A DNA stretch of 61,779 nt, the filler included, from Nitrospinota bacterium (GTDB lineage: Bacteria > JAUXIQ01), in the NCBI GenBank assembly GCA_030620925.1. It is 7 parts of 7 records of this genome, joined end to end, with 100 filler letters (N's around TTAATTAATTAA, not from the genome) between each part and the next. Parts side by side here need not be neighbours in the genome. Positions count along the whole stretch, not along the records: positions 50,932 to 61,779 come from JAUXIQ010000031.1; 6 more parts are not named here. One strand, written 5' to 3'. Shown one piece after another: positions 50,932-59,777 of the stretch (position 1 is its first letter; every line of letters begins with the position of its first letter). Position numbers and translations under genes: made by a program. A model generated the notes under the pieces. The model was not told where the DNA came from, ran no database searches, and was given only the letters and a program-made list of their open reading frames with translations.

Positions 50932-52292
50932 ACTACAGCCGTCGCCACCAGAATCAGCGCCGCGTATCGCCATCTCCTCCCGAGATCAATCCCCCTTGAT
51001 AACGAAGTTGCCAGGAATATGGCGGTAAAAAAGATGAAGAAGGTCATCAGTTTATAGAACAACAGATAGAAAAAAAGAAAAGCCAGCAGCATATAGAGTA
51101 GCAGCTCTTCAGAGGGGGTGCTCTTTCCCGTTACCGCTCTTTTAAGGTAAACGCCGACGGAGATGGAAGCGGCTATAAGAGGAAGAAAAAAGTCGTTGAG
51201 GAACATGAAAAGTGTGGGGCTGGTGTAAGGGGGGACCCAGTAGTGCCGGGCCTCGAAAGGGAGAAGTGAAGGCGTATCCGGTTTGGAGAGAAAGCGCAGC
51301 CGGGTAAAGAGCGTCTCCCAGGCGTGAGAATAGTAAGCCGTTTCGGGCTTGAGGGCCCATAAAATAGCCGCGGCCGCCGCGAACACCGCAACCGACACAA
51401 GAGGTTGCTTCAGCTTAAGCTGTGTTATGCCAGCCCCCAGGACGGCGTATGTGATTATCATCCCGGTTGACAGGGGGAAAAGGTCGTATTTGAGGGGTGT
51501 ATCCAGAAGCAGGCTGGCCGCCACGTTTGTAATGGCGAATATGGCCAGCAGTTTCACGGCCATGGCCCTTCGGCTGTTATAAAACATCATGAAAACGAAA
51601 AACGTGGTAAGAGTCAGGTAATAAAACCTGTTCACCTTCCATGTTACAAGACAGAGTATCAGGAACAGGGCCGAGAGGAGGGCGAAGCGGTAAAAATGCG
51701 GCGGGTTTTCGTCTGATCCATTTCCCGCTCTCGGGCCGATTCCTTCTTTGCGGCGGTCCATCGCCCGGATCAGATAATAGAGGTGCAGCCCCAGCGGTAG
51801 GAAGGCGATCTGTTCCCGGTAGATTTCGTTACCCAGCGATCTCCGCAAGGAAGGCATCGCCACGGCGAAGAAGACGGCCGATAGCAGGGCTGCACTCCTG
51901 CTTCCTGTGGTGTGCAGAGCTATCAGGTAGATGGGTATTACCGTGAGCAGCCAGAAAAACCTGAGGAAGTGTCTGATTAAAGTTTCAAGCGGGAGACCGG
52001 TGAATGATAATAACCTGTAAGAGTATCCCATCAGGTATTCTTGTGCGATGGTGTCTGTGCGTGTGTTGAAGCCGTTGGGGTGTTCCACGGCGGTGTCTAA
52101 TTGCGGAATGGTTCCTTCCCGGGCGACCATTCGGATATATCGATACCTCTGAGCGGACTCGATGGGGAAGGCGCTGCGGTCGGTATACCCCATGCGATGG
52201 AAGATTTGCGCCCTGACGGCCATGCCGACCACGATTATCAACACCAGGATCAACGCTGAACTAAAGGGGCCGATGATTCTATTCTCTGCCAT
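50932..52292 (-). CDS. Polytopic GT-C fold glycosyltransferase-like protein (DPY19/STT3-like), 3' truncated
   Basis: An N-terminal TM helix, a loop with FPIESAQRYRY...DTAVEHPNG, many further TM helices and YREQIAF. Confidence 0.6.
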
Positions 52293-52293
52293 C

Positions 52294-52728
52294 TTACCTC
52301 AGGAAGGTGAAAATCATTTTATGAGCTTTTCTCAGGACGTCTTTCAGGTTTTCAAAATCGAGCAATTCCTCCGCCTCCCTCAGCGTCGCCCATCGGTATT
52401 CTGAGTGCTCTTCTGAGAGGCTGACCCTGAGGTCTCTCTTTTCTCCGAGGAAATAGTCCACTTGCTTTGGTTTCAAAACGCCCTGCTTGCGGACTTTGTA
52501 GGTTATAGCGACTTGAAACCCATCCGTCAGGGAAACGTCATCGCTGCCGGTTTCTTCCTTAAGCTCACGGAGCGCCGCGTCGAGAGGGGCCTCGCCGTGA
52601 ATGACATGCCCCTTGGGCAGACCCCAGTATCCGTCTCTGGAGCTTTTCAGAAGCAGGAAGCGCGCCGTTTCCTCTTCCCGTATGAAGACCACTAAACCGC
52701 AGGAGCGAATTAGCTTTGAAGCCTCCAA
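52294..52728 (-). CDS. Nudix hydrolase (Ap4A hydrolase-like)
   Basis: WGLPKGH...AALRELKEETG Nudix box and LSEEH. Confidence 0.88.
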   Translation of the reverse strand: MEASKLIRSCGLVVFIREEETARFLLLKSSRDGYWGLPKGHVIHGEAPLDAALRELKEETGSDDVSLTDGFQVAITYKVRKQGVLKPKQVDYFLGEKRDLRVSLSEEHSEYRWATLREAEELLDFENLKDVLRKAHKMIFTFLR

Positions 52729-52919
52729 TCTGCATTTTCTCCGTGGGCGTTATGTAAGGCATGAGGGGAGAATCAAAAAGCTGTTGATATTTATTAAGAT
52801 GAGTATAAAATTTAAATCTGTTAATTTATATCACGATAAGGCGTATAATACCATTGGGTATTCACCAATGGTATTTCTTTGTAAAAGTGTTGCAAATTCT
52901 TTTTCAGGTAAGAAGGCGG

Positions 52920-53645
52920 ATGACTATATTTCCAAACGATGATCCCAGGAAAATCGAAGGTGAAGAGCTCGAGGCTCTCAGAGAGCAATTGCTGAAGGAC
53001 AGCCGTCTCTCTATCATGGACGACCATCCTCTGGTGGTGGATGCCATCACGCGCATGCGGGAGAGCACCTTATCCCAGGAAGAGTACGAGCGGTCCGTCA
53101 AGACGGTGACCAACCTGCTCCTATACAGGGCAACTTACAACCTGCCGCTCCTGAACCGAAATATACCATTGAAAAAAGGCGATATATACCGGGGCCGGGT
53201 TCTGGAGGCGGGCGTTATACTTGTCCCCATCATGAGGGCGGGGCTGCCTATGGAAGAGGAAGCGGGGAGATTTCTGCCTGCGGCTTCCGTGGGTTTCGTG
53301 GTTGCCGAGAGGGACGAACGCACCGGCCGGGCTAAGGTTACCAGTTGCAAGCTTCCTCTACTCGAAGGGAAGAAGACCTTCTTTCTCGAACAGGTCGTCG
53401 CCACCGGAGACACAGTGTGCAAGGTATTGGAAGTGGCCGAGAATGAATATCGGGCGGATGACATGACACTCCTCTGCTGCATAGCGGCCCCCCAGGGCAT
53501 CTTTCGCATACTGGACGAGTATCCCGAGGTAAAAATATTCCTGGGCCATCTGGACGAGACGTTGGACGAAAACTACTTCTTATATCCCGGTATAGGTGAT
53601 GCCGGCGACAGGACGTTCGGCAACTACCATAAGCCGGAATTCTAA
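52920..53645 (+). CDS. upp: Uracil phosphoribosyltransferase-like protein
   Basis: HPLV, VPIMRAGL, ERDERT and PGIGDAGDR. The PRPP motif is divergent. Confidence 0.8.
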   Translation: MTIFPNDDPRKIEGEELEALREQLLKDSRLSIMDDHPLVVDAITRMRESTLSQEEYERSVKTVTNLLLYRATYNLPLLNRNIPLKKGDIYRGRVLEAGVILVPIMRAGLPMEEEAGRFLPAASVGFVVAERDERTGRAKVTSCKLPLLEGKKTFFLEQVVATGDTVCKVLEVAENEYRADDMTLLCCIAAPQGIFRILDEYPEVKIFLGHLDETLDENYFLYPGIGDAGDRTFGNYHKPEF

Positions 53646-53665
53646 TTTGAAGTCCATCTTTTATT

Positions 53666-54187
53666 ATGAAAAAAAAAGGGTTAAGTACGCTTCTACCCCT
53701 GCTAATATCGATGGCGGTGCTGGTTTTGGGCTCACAGACAGTCCAGCTGACCATGGCCGGTAGCGCCCGGGCAGGAGAACTTCGCGACACGGGCCATTCC
53801 GAGGAGGGCATGGAGCGAGTCTATGGGAGGGGCATAGATGCGTTCAACGGGAGGGACCACATAGAAGCGATCTTCTGGTTCGATCTCTTTCTCGACGCTT
53901 TCCCCGAAGCCCGTCTGGCCGGCAACGCACTCTACTGGAAGGGCGAGGCTTACTATTCCATGAAGGAGTATGGAATAGCGGCGGAAGCTTTCGCCGAGGT
54001 GTTGAGTCGCTTCCCAAAGGGAGATAAGGCCGGACCTGCTACTTTGAAACTGGGTCTCAGTTATCTGGCGATGGGAGATAACAACAAAGGTAAGAAATAC
54101 TTGAGAAAAGTTATATCCACCTTCCCGGGCACCGACTCGGCAAGCCAGGCCCAGAGACGGCTTAAAAGCCTGGGGCGGAATAAATAG
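53666..54187 (+). CDS. Exported TPR protein (CpoB/YbgF-like)
   Basis: Signal peptide, NALYWKGEAYY, FPKGDKA..ATLKLG and FPGTDSA. Confidence 0.75.
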   Translation: MKKKGLSTLLPLLISMAVLVLGSQTVQLTMAGSARAGELRDTGHSEEGMERVYGRGIDAFNGRDHIEAIFWFDLFLDAFPEARLAGNALYWKGEAYYSMKEYGIAAEAFAEVLSRFPKGDKAGPATLKLGLSYLAMGDNNKGKKYLRKVISTFPGTDSASQAQRRLKSLGRNK

Positions 54188-54228
54188 CGGGAAGCCGCCG
54201 GTTCACTTAACCTCAAGTCACAATTATC

Positions 54229-54870
54229 TTGATTGGAGCGGAAAAAGGCGTGGAACTGATTCTTATAAGACATGGCGAGACGATGTGGAACAGGGAGAGG
54301 CGCACCCAGGGTTTCAGCGATATCGAGCTTACCGAAACCGGGTTTGCGCAAGCCAGAATGCTGACCGAGGCCCTGGCCTCCAGGAAGCTGCAGGCCATCT
54401 ATTCCAGTCCCCTCATACGGGCCGTCAAGACCGCAGAGGCGATCGCTGAACCTCATGGACTGACCATTAATGAGCTGCCCGGCCTCATGGAGCTGAATCA
54501 GGGCGACGTGGAAGGGTTGACCTTCCAGGAATTGCGAACAAACCACAGAGACCTTCTCGATGAATGGATAAAAAATCCCTCCCACCTCAAGATGCCCAAC
54601 GGGGAATCGATGAATGATTTGCAAAACAGGGGGTGGGCGGCGGTAGAGAAAATATTTCAGGCTCACCTGGAGGGCGCAGTTGCCGCCGTCAGTCACAACC
54701 TGTGCATAACATCCATTTTGTGCAGGGTGCTCGATTTGCCTCTAGAAGGATTCAGACGCCTGAGGCAGAACAATGCGGCTATTAATATAATTGAAAAGAC
54801 AGAGGAGCGGGGAATAGTTCTGACCCTCATGAACGACACCTGCCACCTGCGGGGGATTCACACCGTATGA
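54229..54870 (+). CDS. Histidine phosphatase family protein (CobC/PhoE-like)
   Basis: LIRHGET.WN, SSPLIRA, GES, VSH and MNDTCHL. Confidence 0.9.
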   Translation: MIGAEKGVELILIRHGETMWNRERRTQGFSDIELTETGFAQARMLTEALASRKLQAIYSSPLIRAVKTAEAIAEPHGLTINELPGLMELNQGDVEGLTFQELRTNHRDLLDEWIKNPSHLKMPNGESMNDLQNRGWAAVEKIFQAHLEGAVAAVSHNLCITSILCRVLDLPLEGFRRLRQNNAAINIIEKTEERGIVLTLMNDTCHLRGIHTV

Positions 54871-54892
54871 CCTTTCTTCCGGCGGTCTCCTC

Positions 54893-55359
54893 TCAGCCGC
54901 CGTAACTGTGACCATAGTCGGATTCGGATAGTGGGATACCCTCTCGTATAGAAGCCGCTTCAACTACCTCGCCTACGAAGATGGTGTGATCGCCGGTGTC
55001 ATGTGAGAGAGTTATACGACATTCCAGATAGGCCAGGGCGTCTTCCAGGATCGGGCAGCCGGTAAGACCATCCCTGTAGTTTATCCCCTCAAACTTGGCC
55101 GATTTGGGAATCCCCCGCGCCATAAACCCGTCCACAAGCTCCTTTTGTTTCCTGTCCATTATGTTTATGGCGAAGGCCTCCGATTCCTTTAACATGCCGT
55201 GGGTATACCTTTCCTCTGAAATGCATATCATCACCAGGGGCGGCTGATGCGAAACCTGCGAGACCCAGGTACGGGCATGCCGTTTATCTCATTGCCGCGC
55301 CGGGTGGTCAGCAGGTAGGCCCCGTAGCTCAACCTTTTGAGGGCTTGGCTTCTGTCCAT
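54893..55359 (-). pseudogene. Flavin reductase family protein with a 1-nt frameshift
   Basis: ATG 55359 gives MDRSQALKRLSYGAYLLTTRRGNEINGMP. The homologous continuation TWVSQVSHQPPLVMICIS...GDHTIFVGEV is in another frame, with the break near 55270. Confidence 0.8.
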
Positions 55360-55468
55360 TATGATAACCCCCTTCGATTATGGTAATGGTCTGTGGGTCT
55401 TGTTTTGCCCGGAGTTGAGTAATAGTATATTTTGAACTATAGTACTTATTCTTTAAAGAGGGAAAGCG

Positions 55469-56290
55469 ATGAATGAGAAGATAAAAATCGTGGATGCGCT
55501 CGATAGACATATTGTGCTCGACAGGCCGGTGCGGCGGGTGGTATCCCTCGTGCCCAGCATCACCGAGACGCTGTTCGGCCTGGGAGCGGGGGACAGGGTG
55601 GTGGCGGTAACCGAATACTGCACCCACCCTCCCGACGGGGTGGCCAACAAGGAGAAGGCAGGCGGAGTCAAGAACCCCGACATAGAGAAGATAGCGCGGC
55701 TCAAACCGGACCTGGTCATAGCCAATCGGGAAGAGAACCATAAAAAGCACATAGAACAGCTCGATGAATTGGGCATCCCCTTTTTTGTGACCTATCCCAG
55801 AACGGTGGAGCAGGGCATCCGGATGATCAGGGACCTGGCCCGCCTGACGGATACGATGGAGAAGGCAGAAGAGCTTATTCCGTCCATCGAGGAAGCCTAC
55901 AGACAGACCCTGGAGATGGTGGAGAAGAGGGGACGCAGGAAAGTCTTTTGCCCCATCTGGAAAGACCCTTACATGTCCATCAACAGAGACACTTACATAC
56001 ACGATGTCCTCCGGAGCGTCGGTGGAGAGAACATTTTCGCAGGCAGTGAGGACCGATACCCGAGGGTCTCCCTGGAAGAGATCGTAGAGGCTGATCCTGA
56101 GGTGATCCTGCTGCCCGATGAGCCCTACCGCTTTACCGAGGACGACCTGTCCGATTTCACCGCTCATCCGGAAATGGCCGCAGTGAAAAATGGTGAGATC
56201 CATCTCATTGACGGGAAAATGGTCACCTGGTACGGGCCCAGAATAGGCGCGGCGTTGACGACCCTCCGGGAGCTTTTGATCCCTCGATAG
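55469..56290 (+). CDS. BtuF-like cobalamin/iron-siderophore binding protein (helical backbone metal receptor)
   Basis: RVVSLVPSITE, YCTHP, LKPDLV and WYGPR. No obvious signal peptide. Confidence 0.85.
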   Translation: MNEKIKIVDALDRHIVLDRPVRRVVSLVPSITETLFGLGAGDRVVAVTEYCTHPPDGVANKEKAGGVKNPDIEKIARLKPDLVIANREENHKKHIEQLDELGIPFFVTYPRTVEQGIRMIRDLARLTDTMEKAEELIPSIEEAYRQTLEMVEKRGRRKVFCPIWKDPYMSINRDTYIHDVLRSVGGENIFAGSEDRYPRVSLEEIVEADPEVILLPDEPYRFTEDDLSDFTAHPEMAAVKNGEIHLIDGKMVTWYGPRIGAALTTLRELLIPR

Positions 56291-56308
56291 CCCGGTTATG
56301 CCTCATCC

Positions 56309-57502
56309 CTACCCCAGGTATTTGAGCACCGACCTCAGCATCACCTCTGCGCCCACGCTCATGGCGTCCTCATCGAAATCGAAGCGCGGATTATGGTGGG
56401 GATTTACGAACCCTTTTTTCTCGTTTCTTGCGCCCACTGCGAAGTAGCAGCCGGGGACCTGCTCCATGAAGAAAGCCATGTCCTCCGAGCCCATGGCAGG
56501 CGCCGTTGCCAGAATGTTTTTGGCTCCTATTGTTTCTGTTGCCGCCTGGGATACAAAGGCGTTCATGGTCTCGTCGTTCACCAGAACGGGATAATTGAAG
56601 ATGTAATCCAATTTAAATTTTGCCCGCATGGATGAAGTAACACCGGCGATTATTCGCTTCAACCTTTTGGGCATATCCAGCCTTACCTTAGCGTCCAGGC
56701 AGCGTACGGTGCCCTTCATCTCCACCGTATGGCAGATGATATTGAAGGCCGTCCCACCGCTGATCGTGCCGATGGTGACCACCACCGGTTTCATGGGGTC
56801 CACCTCCCTGCTTACTATGGTCTGTATGGTGTCCACCACCTTGCCCGCCACCACGATGCTGTCCACCGTTTGATGGGGCATGGCGCCGTGCCCGCCTTTG
56901 CCTTTTATGGTTATGGCTATCTGGTCCATGGAGGCGAGCCTGGGGCCGGGGGCGGTGGCTATCATACCCACAGGGATGTCTGTGCATACGTGCATGACCA
57001 ACGCGGCGTTCACTCTGGGTTTCTCTAAAACCCCTTCATCCAACATGGGTTTGGCTCCACCGGGGCCTTCCTCGGCGGGTTGAAAAAGGAATTTTATGTT
57101 TCCCTTAAGCGTTTCTTTATGTCCGGTGAGAATGTCGGCCACCGTCAGAAGCATGGCTGTGTGGCCGTCGTGACCGCAGGCGTGCATTGCGCCATCGTTT
57201 TGAGAAGCGTAATCGGTTTTATTTTCTTCGGTCAGGGCAAGGGCGTCCATGTCCGCCCTGATGAGCAGCGTCTTCCGTGTCGCGCCTGCCTGCAGGAGAC
57301 CGGTGACCCCGGTGCCGGCGATCCCTTCGTTCACTTTAAGGCCCAGGGCCTTCAGTTTGTCGGCGACTATACCTGCGGTCCTCTTTTCTTTGAAGCCGGT
57401 TTCCGGGTTCCTATGGAAATCTCTTCGCATTTCGATCATCTCGCGCTTTTTGGCGGCTACGGCATTTTTGATATCGAAGGGTGTTCGTGTTGGGCGCGGC
57501 AT
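56309..57502 (-). CDS. M20D family amidohydrolase
   Basis: RADMDAL, MHACGHDGH, FQPAEEG, SEDM and HHNPRF. Confidence 0.93.
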   Translation of the reverse strand: MPRPTRTPFDIKNAVAAKKREMIEMRRDFHRNPETGFKEKRTAGIVADKLKALGLKVNEGIAGTGVTGLLQAGATRKTLLIRADMDALALTEENKTDYASQNDGAMHACGHDGHTAMLLTVADILTGHKETLKGNIKFLFQPAEEGPGGAKPMLDEGVLEKPRVNAALVMHVCTDIPVGMIATAPGPRLASMDQIAITIKGKGGHGAMPHQTVDSIVVAGKVVDTIQTIVSREVDPMKPVVVTIGTISGGTAFNIICHTVEMKGTVRCLDAKVRLDMPKRLKRIIAGVTSSMRAKFKLDYIFNYPVLVNDETMNAFVSQAATETIGAKNILATAPAMGSEDMAFFMEQVPGCYFAVGARNEKKGFVNPHHNPRFDFDEDAMSVGAEVMLRSVLKYLG

Positions 57503-57805
57503 CAGTTACCTCCTTTCGATTATGGACAAGACAACACTCATCAGGGGCGGCTTACCCGCTTCGGCTGTTCTTTTCCTGAATGCCTATTATCCATAAAATA
57601 AAATAAATTTCCAATTTATATTTATGTGTTATTAAACGAAAAATGAAAAGTGTTATAATACCCGCCATAGTCGGTAATGATCTGTTGGCGGCAGGCACTA
57701 CTTCTCGGAACGCTGAGCCCGCTTTCGATAAATAAGACTGAGGCATTGGATTGACCGCATGCCGCCTCTTCTCAATGATCCTGTGAGGACGTTTGTGGAG
57801 CGGTT

Positions 57806-58621
57806 ATGATGAGATGGGGAATGGTTGAAGTAGTGGTGGAGGGTGTGACTTCCTTTCTGCTCTTCCATGAGTTTCGCAGGTTGTTGAAGGTCGCCGCGTT
57901 GTGCAGAAGGAACGATATAAAATGCTCGCAGAGCATTACCCTGGCCGCCATCACTATCAGCCTGTCGGGAATATTTATAGTTTTCTTCATCTCCGGCCTG
58001 GGGGCTTTACTTAACGTTGCCGACTCTCCGTCCCTCGTTGCAGGTAATCAAGAAGATGGTCGCATTTTTCGCAGAGTGTACGTTGAAAAGGTTCTGGATG
58101 GCGACACCGTTCAGCTTTCAACCGGCGAGAGGGTGGTCTACAAGGGTATCGACTCCCCGGAGCCGGGTGGTGGTGCGGGTTGGCTGAGCGAATATTCTTC
58201 AGCGGCTAAGGAACTCAATAGACGACTGGTAGAGGGAAAGCGTGTGACTCTCGAAATGGAGAAGGCACAGAGGGATAAATACAACCGCATAGTAGCCTAT
58301 GTTCATGTAGACGATGTTTTTGTGAACGCCGAGCTCACCAGCCGCGGCCTGGCGATGGCCGTCATTTACAGGCCGGAAGACAGGTACAACCTGCTGTTAT
58401 CCCGGCTCCAGGAAGAAGCTAAGTCGTTCAACCGCGGCATATGGAAATATGCCGTTTCTGCGGAGGATGAATTGGAGAAGCCTATAGTCGGGAACAGGAT
58501 GACAAAGATATATCATCTTCCTGAAGACAGATACTATGATTTGATAAACCCTCTGAACAAGGTCTATTTCGTCACTGAGGAGGCTGCCGGTTCAGCCGGG
58601 TACCGCAGGGCTAAATATTAA
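57806..58621 (+). CDS. Thermonuclease (SNase) family membrane-anchored protein with Ada-like C-terminal domain; start uncertain
   Basis: VLDGDT, GIDSPE, DKYNRIVAYV, NAEL..RGLA and RGIW; C-terminal GN..TKIYH...F.TEE.A...GYR. Confidence 0.82.
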   Translation: MMRWGMVEVVVEGVTSFLLFHEFRRLLKVAALCRRNDIKCSQSITLAAITISLSGIFIVFFISGLGALLNVADSPSLVAGNQEDGRIFRRVYVEKVLDGDTVQLSTGERVVYKGIDSPEPGGGAGWLSEYSSAAKELNRRLVEGKRVTLEMEKAQRDKYNRIVAYVHVDDVFVNAELTSRGLAMAVIYRPEDRYNLLLSRLQEEAKSFNRGIWKYAVSAEDELEKPIVGNRMTKIYHLPEDRYYDLINPLNKVYFVTEEAAGSAGYRRAKY

Positions 58622-58726
58622 TCGCTTTCAGAAGGTTTTTTTTATTGATAAAAGAAGAACAGCTTTTATATTGTATAATACCGATGGCAGGGGAAAAATT
58701 AACAGCATAACTTGTGACCTGGAATA

Positions 58727-59253
58727 TGGGAAATTCACTATTCTTCAACAGCAGGCAAGATGAGTACTTGCGCGAGGCTCTCGAAATTGCCGAGATGCTG
58801 GCAAGTCGACGCTACTGTATATCCAGCAGGGAATGGGGTCGTTATCCCTATGACATCAAGACACTAAGGCAGCTAAGAAGTGAGGAGATCACGGATAGAG
58901 GGTTCGCCCAACTGGCCAAATACTCCCGGGAAGGAGAGTATCATCGCCGCAAGGGGAGAATAGGAGAATTCTACAGGATTTGCGTTCAGGATCACATAAT
59001 TTTGAACGCTCTCGAACGCAGCAAAAACATATCTCTGAGGCCTCTGCTCCTATACATCACTACCCACGAATTGGTGCATATAGTCAGGTTCAGTCATTAT
59101 GAGGAGGACTACGATATCTATGGCGAAGAACGTGAGAAAGAAGAAGGGGAAGTTCACAACATAACTTACGACTTGCTGAAAGACGTGAATTACGACGGTA
59201 TGGAAGAAGTGATAAATGTTTATGAGTGGGCGCGCACGACCCCTGTTTCATGA
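58727..59253 (+). CDS. Hypothetical protein with HExxH motif
   Basis: LLYITTHELVHIVRF and a downstream EEGEVH. Confidence 0.7.
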
Positions 59254-59283
59254 GTCTTCGCTGCTTTTTTGAACCAGCAATGT

Positions 59284-59312
59284 TTGACAGAAAATAATTA
59301 TGGATATATAAT
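59284..59312 (+). promoter_or_regulatory. Consensus sigma70 promoter
   Basis: TTGACA (59284-59289), 17 bp spacer, TATAAT (59307-59312). Confidence 0.9.
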
Positions 59313-59338
59313 TAGCACTCTAACACGCCGAGTGCTAA
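59312..59338 (+). promoter_or_regulatory. CIRCE element (HrcA operator)
   Basis: Perfect TTAGCACTC-N9-GAGTGCTAA. Confidence 0.95.
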
Positions 59339-59378
59339 TAAAGAGAGGCACATCAGAAGCTGAAAGGAGGACGTAGAG

Positions 59379-59669
59379 GTGCCCATTTATGAATACAAGT
59401 GCCGAAAATGCGGCCACGGGTTTGAAATGATGCAGCGCTTCTCAGACCAACCCGTCAAAAAATGTCCGGAATGTTCCGGCACTGTGGATAAGCTTATCTC
59501 TCAGTCTACTTTCCACCTGAAGGGCTCGGGCTGGTATGCCACTGATTATGGCAAGAAATCACACGGTGGTAAGCCGGGCAAGAAAAAATCTGAGGACAAT
59601 GGCAGCACCGAGTCCGAAGACAAGGGCAGCGCCGAGAAGGAAACTAAGACCAAAACGGTTGATAAATAG
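59379..59669 (+). CDS. FmdB family zinc ribbon protein
   Basis: MPIYEYKCRKCG...CPECS...FHLKGSGWYATDY with an AGGAGG SD. Confidence 0.93.
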   Translation: MPIYEYKCRKCGHGFEMMQRFSDQPVKKCPECSGTVDKLISQSTFHLKGSGWYATDYGKKSHGGKPGKKKSEDNGSTESEDKGSAEKETKTKTVDK

Positions 59670-59715
59670 CTTATATATTAATCAGATAAGACTAAATAAA
59701 TTAAACCATTACATG

Positions 59716-59746
59716 AAGACCCCCGGAGTCAGCTTCGGGGGTTTTT
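59716..59746 (+). terminator. Intrinsic terminator
   Basis: AAGACCCCCGGAG-TCAG-CTTCGGGGG followed by T5. Confidence 0.85.
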
Positions 59747-59777
59747 ATATGGAACTTAAAGACAACCATTCCCGCAA

